This document shows, in pieces, positions 11,940-22,235 of a stretch of DNA of 64,000 bases. How positions within the stretch are numbered: position 1 is the stretch's first letter; every line of letters begins with the position of its first letter. Source of the stretch: Haliotis rubra (lineage: Eukaryota); assembly GCF_003918875.1 (NCBI RefSeq), contig NW_025767048.1, positions 620,001 to 684,000 of the forward strand, read 5' to 3'. The notes under the pieces are model-generated. The model was not told the DNA's origin, did no database searches, and saw nothing but the letters and a program-made list of their open reading frames with translations. Both the position numbers and the translations under genes were made by a program.

Positions 11940-12923
11940 AGGTCGTTGAGGAAAATTGTGTCCTGACGGGATACAAATATTTTACATAAAAACAGATCAG
12001 TTTGAACCATCTATATTTACGCATACATATATTTAAAAATTCTTTCCGAGGCATAAATCAGTTGGAAGCCTACAAATATTGAGTGATCCATATTTTGAAA
12101 TGTCAAAAAATGTGTTACACATGTGAATTAATGAAAAGGGATTATTTCTATTTTCTGTTAAATGTATATATTGGCCCGCCGCCTCTCATGCGAATTGATG
12201 TTGGAGATAAGAAAGATATAAATCTACGGAAGGACTTTTAGTTGAAGTTATTGAGTAGTAAAGATCAGTGGAACTTCCAACTATTGGGGCACGTGTAACA
12301 TAACTAATATTCTTTATGATGCTCTTGATGTATTGAATCTTGTGCTTATACAGCGCAAAAGTAACCAATATTTAGTGAAAATATATAATTTATATATTTT
12401 ATAATAATGATATTGGTATTTGTTTGGGTATTGATTAATACAAAGCGGTAATTATTTCCAAATGCACTTTCATGCGCACACATGCACGCACGGACGCAGG
12501 CACGCACGCAACTATTACATTTTACACCAAAATGAAACATCCCCCAAAATAATTTCTTCCTCTACAGGAAATGGCAGGTAGCAGATAGCTTTTTGGAATA
12601 TGGAGCTCTCTGCCCAAAGTTAAGTCATACTGATAACCACGTGTCGACTTATTAGCGTCTGATCTCTGTCATGCCTCATGGACTGCCGGTCTCAATTCTT
12701 CAGAAGAAGCACAAGCTGATGATTGCCAAGGTTATCAAAATGTGGCACCATGGCTGTATCCAGTACTTCCTGTCGATAACGTTGGCCATGGTGTGTCACA
12801 GATACGTTAATGAGATCCTACTGGCAGCCATACGAAACGCAACCACACCACCACCAAAGGTTGTCCTTGCAACCATCAATAAGCCAATAGCATACTTCAT
12901 GTTGCTAATTATGCAGCAAAACG

Positions 12924-13466
12924 TGCCCATGAAAAGATTATGATACGAACAGTCAAAGCATGCCCATGAAAATATCGTGTTACGAACAGTCAAAGCATGC
13001 CCATGAAAATATCATGTTACGACAAGTCTAAACATGGCCATGAAAATATTATGTTACGAACAGTCTAAACATGGCCATGAAAATATTATGTTACAAACAG
13101 TCTAAACATGCCCATGAAAATATCGTGTTACGAATAGTCTAAACATGGACATGAAAATATCGTGTTACGAACAGTCTAAACATGCCCATAAAAATATCGT
13201 GTTACGAACAGTGTAAACATGCCCATGAAAATATCGTGTTACGAACAATCTAAACATGGACATGAAAATATCATGTTACGAATGGTCTAAACATGCCCAT
13301 GAAAAGATCATGTTATGAACAGTCTAAACATGCCCATGAAAAGATTATGTTATGAACAGTCTAAACATGCCCATGAAAATATCGTGTTACGAACAGTCTA
13401 AACATGGACATGAAAATATCATGTTACGAACAATCAAAACATGGCCATGAAAATATCATGTTACGA
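12924..13466. repeat. 37-bp minisatellite, ~14.5 copies
   Basis: Unit tgcccatgaaaatatcgtgttacgaacagtctaaaca repeated head-to-tail with scattered substitutions and no spacers. Confidence 0.95.
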
Positions 13467-14364
13467 CCAGCGGCTGCAGATGTTGCAGTACTTGCAGTTA
13501 CGCCATCCCACCAACGCATGTAGCCAAAACGAAAAGGCTTACCAAGCAGGTAATATATTCAGTCATTTCTTCCACAGCCTAAACTGTGTGATACAGCAGG
13601 AAAGTGGTAAGTTCCCTAAAGGACGACACTTCACCAATCATCCAAATCTTCCCAGAAGTTGGTCTCTCGTGTCTGCAGAAAGGGTTTAACAACATATGCA
13701 AGTGCAAACAACCCTCAAGTAAATGCACAGGACGTGGTGTGTGGGCCAGCATTCATAATATTGACTCTCCTTTATTTTCAAGACATTTAACCAGACTATG
13801 CGGGTCATTATTGTTTTGGTTAAACTTTCCCTTTAGTACACTGAAGGCCTCTCCAAAGCTAAAACAGTAGCCAGAATAGGCAAAGTAGTATTTAACTTCT
13901 GCGCATGTCCGGGAAGATCCGAGTTATATCATATTGCTGAATGCAGCGTTACACCACAAGCAAACAAAACCTGCGCATGAGCAAAATTATATAACTTTTG
14001 AGTGCCTCCATATCCTTTAATGTTCACATCAGTCAATAAATGTGCAAAGTTTAATTTAGCATTAATGCACACTTTATCTGCTAAGCCGCTCCATTAATAT
14101 CCATAAACAGGATCGATCAGCTGAGTTGAGAAATAAACGCATTTTTCAGTCAACATGTCAAGGCAAAGAAATGTGTCTCTGCACGCTACTATGGGCAACA
14201 ACAATACTTTCCTTCCGGAACATTCATAATCTCCATAGAAAGTTGTATATTTTAAAACTTAGTCCGGCCCCTTAGCAATTTTCGATTTCAGACAACTTGG
14301 TCAATATTTTGGCACTGTCCTCAATAAAGGATCTCCGGAACCCGGTTGACAGTTACTTTAAATT

Positions 14365-14372
14365 GTGCGTGC

Positions 14373-14412
<40 letters not shown>
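14365..14412. repeat. (GTGC)n(GT)n microsatellite
   Basis: Direct reading. Confidence 0.95.
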
Positions 14413-14415
<3 letters not shown>

Positions 14416-14498
14416 ATTACAATTATTAAACAATGGACACTGTCCACTGTCACATTTTGCCTCAGGAATCTTTGCTGTCTGCTTATTGGACATTCTCT

Positions 14499-14680
14499 GA
14501 CCCCATGAAGATCCGGGTTAGAACTGGTCTTCCTAACCTATGCTTGTCGTAAGAGGCGACTAATGCGTAGATCAATGTTCATGCTGTTGATCACTGGATT
14601 ATCTGGTTCAGACTCGATTATCTACAGACAGTCGCCAAATATTGCTGAGTGCGGCGTTAACACACACACAAACAAACAAA
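14499..14680 (+). mobile_element. Family C copy with internal deletion
   Basis: Head and tail of family C present, middle missing. Confidence 0.75.
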
Positions 14681-15274
14681 CATGGGATCTCGAGCTCTCA
14701 ACCCTCAGTTTGATAAAAGTTGGCAGTAAGCTATCCTGCTTTCGATTTTACCATTAAGTAATCGTTATTTACCAGATCGTCCTCTCAATTTCTGTGGGAA
14801 ATCGTTTGGTTTCCCTTACAGAAGTAGTCTCGCACAAGACGATATCTGATTCACAAGTGGAGTCACGAGCCTTTTTGTTTGCATATTTTGAGATGCAAGT
14901 ACAAATCTCCTGATGTATAACAATGTAACGTGAACTCCCACTGTTGAGATCATGGTGTTTGTGAGCATGGAGACAATGCTAAACTGGAGGTTTAAAAGCA
15001 CGGCCATAACGTGCAAACTCCTCATGCCAGGCATAGTATTTACAAAACTAAATATGTTAAATGTGTATTGTTCGAGATGTCAATGCTGTATGCTCATAGA
15101 CCTCGTACAGAACTTCAGTTTACATTCATGTACAAGGGCTGATTGTTACGTTCTGAGACTCAATATAAACAATTACGCATGCTGAACGTTGTATCTGTGG
15201 ACAGTACATGATATCAGCTGAGAAAATCGTTTCCCAGTGACAAATCAGTAAAAAAGTAGGATTCTTCGGAAAGA

Positions 15275-15470
15275 GGTTGGTTGGTTGGTTTGTTGTTAAA
15301 CGTGGCACTCAGCAATATTCCAGCCATATGGCGGCGGTTTGTAAATAATCGAGTCTGAACTAGACAATCCGGTGGGCAAAAGCATGAGCATCGATCTACG
15401 CAACTGGGATACGATGACATGTGTCAACCAAGTCAGCGAGCCTGACCACCCGATCCCGTTAGTCGCCTCT
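15275..15470 (-). mobile_element. Family C copy, 5'-truncated
   Basis: Matches family C body and tail. Confidence 0.8.
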
Positions 15471-15720
15471 ATAACAATAACATACGATTGAACACGTCTG
15501 AGGATTAGTCGCAAAGAGGCACCACGATTCAATGCTCAGAGTTGAGTCACTTAGGCACGCCCGAAATCTACTAGTATACTCGTTGGTCCGATTACGTTTC
15601 TCATTAAGTTTCTCAGCACCATACACGTGCACGTGGGTTTCACCGAAATCTATTGGAAGCATCGGCCTGAGAAGATCTGGGATAGAATCGGTCTTCAGCA
15701 ACCCACGCTTGTCGTAAGAA

Positions 15721-16135
15721 AAGGAGGGGGCGTGGTGGGCAAGCTGTCTAAGGCGCCAGGCTAGGAATCCAGCAAGCTTTAGGTGCCGGGATCGAGCCCT
15801 CCTGTGACCGGGTGTATGGTGCATGGCCACATGAATACGTGCAAACACCTAGTTACGGGTACAGCAACGTGTAGTAAACTTGGACAAAGTACTGTGACTA
15901 TATGTCCTAGTCCACCCAGCTGTGAATGGGTACCTTGTAAGGATTTGAAAGCCACATTAACTCGGTGTGCCTAGTGGCTGCAAGAGTTGTGTGATCCCCA
16001 GCGAGTTGAGATTCATAATACGAAGTGCCGTTGAGACTGACACCCTATGATCGACAGAAAAACAACGCGCCTGTGAGCAGCCGAGCTGGAACTCGGCGCT
16101 ATATGAATAGATTATAATATAATATTAATATAATA
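15721..16135 (+). mobile_element. tRNA-headed CORE-like SINE (family D) nested in a family C copy (15665-16325)
   Basis: A/B-box head; cttggacaaagtac...tagtccacccagctgtgaatgggtacc resembles the CORE domain; gcgctatatgaata plus AT-rich tail; host C element is broken at taaga, which is duplicated on both sides. Confidence 0.75.
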
Positions 16136-17162
16136 TAAGAGGCAAAAAAACAACAGCTAGGTCGGGTGGTCGGGGTCGCTGACTTGGTTGACACATGTCA
16201 TCGTATCCCAGTTATGTAGATCGATGCTCATGCCGTTGATCACTGGATTGTCTGGTCAAGACTCGATTTTTATAGACCGCTGCCATTTAGCTGAAATATT
16301 GCTGAGCGTGGGGTTAAATAACAATATAATATATAATTGACCAGCATCACATAAGGTTTCGTTCCGTGATATACCTGGAGTACTGGTCAAAGCGGCGTTA
16401 AACCCAACTCACGCACTGAATACTCAAGAAAACACTTTTCATAGTTCCAGCTAGACATTCCTTTATAACACATCTGATTTCATTAGACCTTACTCATGGA
16501 TTTCACAAATGGGGTCAAGGCTCTAGACATTCGGTTTTGTGTTGGCTTTGCTTCACAATATCTTTTGTTTGTTTTGTTTGTTGTTTAACGCCGCAAAATT
16601 CCAGTTATATGACGGTGGTCTGTAAATAATAAAGTCTAGACCAGACAATCCAGTGACTAATTTATTTGAAGGTACATGTCAGCCTCGTTGTTAGTCACGG
16701 AGTCATCTTTTAAGTCATTGATCATGTGAACTACTGTGACGTCCCGCTATTCTGATATGAATTGATTTTGTGATTTCATTTCTTAAAAAAACCCTTCGCA
16801 GAATGTTTTTTATCCTCGTATGTACTGTAACTGCAAACTTGAAATATCAGTACTTCTCACTTAACAGAGTTTACAGACTCACGAAACACTCTTACAAAAT
16901 CAGAAGCGTTTAGTTACTTACGTGACGGGAATGTAAGTGTCCATTTGCACGTACTGATTTGCCATGTATAAGATCCTATGTATCAAGTACAGTGACATAT
17001 CTGGAAATGAAGTGCCAATTTAATATTATTGATTTTGCCATTTATAAGATACTAAGAGCAAATACCTTGGTGCATTTCCATGGCATTGTCATGTAGATCC
17101 TTGTAGCACAAAATAACCAGCAAGCATAGCATTTACAATCACAATCACATGGAACATAGACG

Positions 17163-19116
17163 ATGCACATTACACTGCACATACGACGCATCGCCATGTT
17201 TGTGCTTGTTGTAATTCTGTCCATCTTCGGCCAAAGTCAAGGTAGGTCCTCCTGTAGAATTGCTGAGTGCGTTGTAAAACTAAACTCACTCACTCACTCC
17301 TCCTGTAGATCTCGGATCTATCGTGATTGTAGCACTATTGAGACCATTATTAGCACCTACACACATGCATATCCCCAAAACACACACGCACGCACACACA
17401 GACACACTATCTCCCTCTTACACACACAAACATACGGACGCATGCACGCACACACACAAAACAGCACACATATATGCACATACACTGAGCTCCCAGCACA
17501 CACTTTTCTTTTCTTAAGTTACCTATCTCAGGTGGTACACGTCCATAGGATTATTTTTAATGCATTTGTTGAGGGTCCCCGTAATTTTCACCTATCAGTG
17601 TAAAGAATTGTATTATTTCCCCAGCGGACTTGGTCAAAGGGACGTTCAAAAGTCATTCACTTACCGTAGTTAGTATATCTAACATATATTTGGCAGTATA
17701 TGTAATATATCATATATGTAGATATGATTGCTCACCAACAACCTTGTTGTTCATTGGTCTCTACACAATACAACACGTATAGAATGAGTTCATACATAGT
17801 GCTCAGTTTTCTTTTCAGTGGCCGTTACTTCGACAAGCACCTCTAGTAGCACTGCAGCGGTCAATGGTACCACCGACACATTATCAGCCCAGTCTGTTTC
17901 ACAACCAACACCAGCAACCTCGGTGGCAAGTTCGTCGTTTCTGACTGCCGTACCTTCTACTGCTGATGATCATACCCTCAGAACGTTTCAATCTTCTGGT
18001 GTTCCATCAAGTGCTCAACCATCTGATGTTCCTTCATCAATTTCCCCTGGTGTTCTGTCGTCGTCTGTCATTTCTGAAGAAGAACCATTATTTGCTGTTT
18101 CTGGCTTATCACCATCGTCTTCTGTTGATATCCAACTGACACTTCACCCTGAATACCCAGCGTCACTCACTCCTTCAAGTGTGTCGACATCGTTTTCTCC
18201 TGGGGATACCCAAGTGACACTTCTTTCTGGATTCCAAGCATCACTCACTCCATCTAGTGTGTCGGCGTCGTCTTCTCCTGGTAAAATCCAAGTGACACTT
18301 CACCCTGAATACCCAACATCACTCACTCCATCTAGTGTGTCGGTATCGGCTTCTGGTGATACCCAAGTGACACTTAAATCTGAATACCCGACATCACTCA
18401 TCCCATCTACTGTGTCGGCATTGTCTTCTCCTGGTGATACCCAAGTGACACTTCATCCTGAATACCCAACATCATACACTTCTTCAAGTGTGTCGGCATT
18501 GTCTTCTCCTGGTGATACCCAAGTGACACTTCATCCTGAATACCCAACATCACTCACTCCTTCCAATGTGTCACCATCATCTTCTGGTGATGTTCTGTCA
18601 ACACATCCATATGTTGACCAACATTCCTTCGATCCTTCTGAATTGTCGCCCTTGTCCACTCCTGGTACTGTACTAGCAACTCATCCTTCTGACCATCAAC
18701 CATCATCTTTGGCTTCGAGTTTTCTTAGAATAGATTGGACATTAGGTGACCTGAAACTCCCCATGACGTCTTCTGTTTCATTGGAATTACATGACTCAAG
18801 TGAACTCGACGTCTTATTTCCTGCTACGTTCAAGTATGGCACCACTACTCATATGTGTATCTGTCGATGTCGAACGACCAAGCCAACAGACTTGGCAATG
18901 GCTCGTTCTGCGAGTCAGGTGCTGCAGCAGAATCTGCTTCTAGAGAGGAAAAACGTCACAAAGTACATTCTCACAAAGATAAGTGCGCCGAACAAACAAG
19001 TAACATCCACGTATATAGGGAGCGTTGGCATCGTGCTGGGGCTGGTCACCATGTGCCCTATCGTCATCCCTGATGTGGTAACATTGTGCTTCTATCTCAT
19101 TAAAAATGGGAAGTAA
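17163..19116 (+). CDS. Membrane-anchored mucin-like protein; exons 17163-17241 and 17819-19116 (458 aa; alternative ATG at 17196)
   Basis: Exon 1 encodes a signal peptide (MFVLVVILSIFGQSQ) ending CAAG|gtaggt (phase 1); acceptor ttttcttttcag|TG joins in frame to ORF 17818-19116. S/T/P-rich body, CICRC motif, C-terminal hydrophobic segment IGSVGIVLGLVTMCPIVIPDVVTLCFYLI. Confidence 0.82.
18112..18592 (+). repeat. Coding tandem repeat, 78-81 bp (26-27 aa) x ~6
   Basis: Unit SSPGDTQVTLHPEYPTSLTPSSVSAL recurs in the translation and DNA. Confidence 0.92.
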
Positions 19117-20168
19117 ATGAAACTACCATTCACGTGGGTCTACTCATGGTAACAGTTACCTGTAAAACAGCTGACAATGAAACAGACGGTTGACCATCTT
19201 AATCCCCGTAGGATTTTTATCAATGTGATAAATATGTTCCATTGTGTCGAAGTTGAAGGGGCCCACGTAAATACTTCGAGTTATGCGATGTTCGACACAA
19301 AAGCACAATTATTACTCTCCGAGGAATACGCAGACACCAAACCTTTATTTCGAGACAACTGTACGTTACACACGACGGTGTTTACTGTCTTAACAAAATA
19401 TTTGCTGATTACAACATTTCGAGCAATTAGAAATCATACACGATGGGAAAACATTAAGTGCATATTTACAAGACGTGTCCAGAACTATGGAAACACAGCA
19501 TAATGGGCGAAATGCGTTCGACGTGGTTATTCACGATGGAAGCGCTACAAGCCATACCTTGTTATAAGATATATCGACATAGATATGTCGACATGGAAGG
19601 ATGCTTCTCACCTGATTCCTGAAGGCGTGGTTAACCTTCTCTGACAATATGGGTCAATTCAGTTGAAGGATGTCTTTACTGCGGTCATCTGAACTGCAAT
19701 GAACTATGGTATTCTACCAAAATCATTGCATGTCGGTCCAATGTGCATAGAATTAATGTCCTGGACAGTCCACAAACATGATGACTGTGTCGACAATTTA
19801 TTCGGGCCGAACCAACGATCATAACCAGTGGTGCTTTAGAACAATGCATGAGACGAATGGCTGTCTTCACGAACTGATGTCACCCTAAATCCTTCACCTC
19901 AGTGGTTTCCCTGTATTTTCTGAACAACGACTGAAACTGTGTAGCGGACGTTTAATTCCCGACCAATTGCTTTAAAGGGCATACCGGAGTTATACATAAG
20001 ACAAGTACTGTGCGCAAATATGAATATATTTGTTGAAACTTACCAGCGGCATGATGTATCTCGATGACCATGGTGACATATCATGTTAAAATAGTAGGGG
20101 ATATTCCATTTTGGAGTGATCGATGTTATTTGGTTACCAAGTTGTATGATTGTATATGAATGAAGGAT

Positions 20169-20873
20169 TAGTGAGTGAGTGTGTTGGGTTTTACGCCGCT
20201 CTCAGCAATATTCTAGCAATATCACGGCGGGGTACACCAGAAATTGGCTTCACACAATATACCCATGTGGGGAATCGAACCCGGTCTTCGGCGTGATCAG
20301 CGAACGCTTTAACCACTGGGCTACCCCACAGACCCGATCAAGGATTTGTGGAAGCCGCGATGGCTGAGTGGCTGATTCGTCCAATACAAAGCTCAGTGAG
20401 CTCGGTCCCTGTTACACTAATAAATAATTTCTGTCATTAAAGATATAAACTATCAATAATTGTGACACCTTTCTATCCTCCGCACTACTTTTTAAATAGA
20501 ATACGTTGACTGGATATGGAACTATATGCAGTAAGAAAGATTGAGTGTGTCAATATGGATTTACAGGGCTTTCAGCAGTGACCACGAATTTCACGGCGGG
20601 GCACACCAGAAATGGGCTTCACACATTGTACCCATGTGGAGAATAGAACCCGGGTCTTCGGCTTTAACCACTAGGCTACCACACCGCCCCCTCAAGAAAG
20701 TGAGTGAGTGAGTGTGTGAGTATGGTTTTACGCCGCCTTTAGCAATATTCCAGCAATATCACGGCGGGGGACACCAGAAATGGGCTTCACACATTGTACC
20801 CATGTGGGGAATCGAACCCGGGTCTTCGGCGTGACGAGCCAACGCTTTAACCACTAGGCTACTCCACCGCCCC
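20169..20873 (-). mobile_element. Cluster of three family B SINEs (20169-20330, 20555-20691, 20700-20873)
   Basis: Reverse complement of the ~165-bp tRNA(Asp)-like-headed SINE with (ACTC)n tail. Confidence 0.88.
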
Positions 20874-21199
20874 ACAGCCAATAACCAATGTTATATATTG
20901 TCACGTATTTCTCTACCGATTCAAATGAGAGTGTGATAATTAGGTGATAATATTTTCTTGAAAACATATTAATGTATTGACTTCATTATTGATTTATGCC
21001 ATCAATAAATTGAAATTCTGTACAGTCCGTTTTTGTTATTTCTTTGACAACACTTATGAATTTCAACATCATGTAGAACTAGGATAAGAATAAGATTGAG
21101 AGGTAGACAGATAGTGATATCATAAACAATTGTTGTACATGTTGTGCCGACAACCGTATTATTTCTCACGTGACATCGAACTTGCAGTGACAACACCTG

Positions 21200-21244
21200 C
21201 AGCACGTGCAGCTCCAGAGGTGACACTCAGAAGAAGTTCAGCAG
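21200..21244 (+). other. Putative non-coding first exon of the ZP gene (start approximate)
   Basis: Strong donor CAG|gtaagg at 21244/21245. The ATG exon at 22192 begins with an acceptor (tttcag|aaATG), so an upstream exon is expected. Confidence 0.45.
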
Positions 21245-22193
21245 GTAAGGTTCCTCTCTGATTTGTAGCTATTGTTTACCGAACACAAGAAATAATCCTC
21301 CCCGTTTCTCACAATATTTTATTCAGTCGATGTAATATAGTGTACATATTTGGAGGTATATGATTAAGAAATGTATACTGATTGAAACGTATTATTTGAA
21401 GCCAGTCGGGTATGTAAACAGGCATGCTTGTCATACAGCAAATTTTCTTACCCTACGAGCCATATCCTCCAAAAATAAGATGTAGAAAATATCTTCTGAA
21501 GTGATAGTTCTTAACCTTGAACCAACGTTCAAAAGCAACTAATTAGACGAGACACAACTTCCACATTTGTGCAATGCGTCCTGTCAAAACTACGATTTCA
21601 TTGAAGGCAAGCACAAAATCTGGTATCCTCCGAACGTACAAAATTGTCTCGTTTATCGTAGTTCGCGCTGAAAGGATTTTACGAATGTTTCTCGGATGAT
21701 CGATTTTTATCAGAGCGTGTTATAAAGTCGTCCATTTACACTCGCTATTCATGGATGAAAGCTTAGGAAACATTCTTTTGGAGAAGGCTTAACCTGGTGG
21801 GTGGTATTTGATGTAATACACATCGTCGATCAATAGTAAATAAACTAGGAGTGTCAAGTCGTTTCCGTAGCTACAATTTGGTTGACTGTAAAGGTTACTA
21901 TACATATTATGGCATGACAGAGTTATTATAGTAATGAACCAGGCATGGGTCTACACGAGTAGCATGTATCTAATGCACTCTACACCCTTGGTATTTTGGG
22001 GGTATTTTTTTTCACATATGTTACTGGGGTGTGATTATTAAGGGGTTGTTGCCATACTCTGATGTCTTGTCATTTATAATACCTAAACCGTGTCCCCTCA
22101 AGATCGGGGTTCCATTTAATCTTTCACAACCCATGCTTGCAAGGGTATCTTCCCATTATGACTACTCCCAATATGACAACTCCCATTTCAGAA

Positions 22194-22235
22194 ATGGCTG
22201 CTTTGTCTGAGGTTTTGACGTTGCTGACGTTTCTG
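22194..22235 (+). CDS. ZP gene coding exon 1 (MAALSEVLTLLTFL, signal peptide)
   Basis: tttcag|aaATG...CTG|gtaagt, phase 0. Confidence 0.8.

Noticed and set aside
12924-13466. CRISPR array
   Set aside because: Contiguous units without unique spacers, no cas genes, eukaryotic context.
13470-13770. Ulp1-like peptidase remnant of a DNA transposon on the minus strand (GLFALAY)
   Set aside because: Only one short motif amid stops; cannot be supported without a search.
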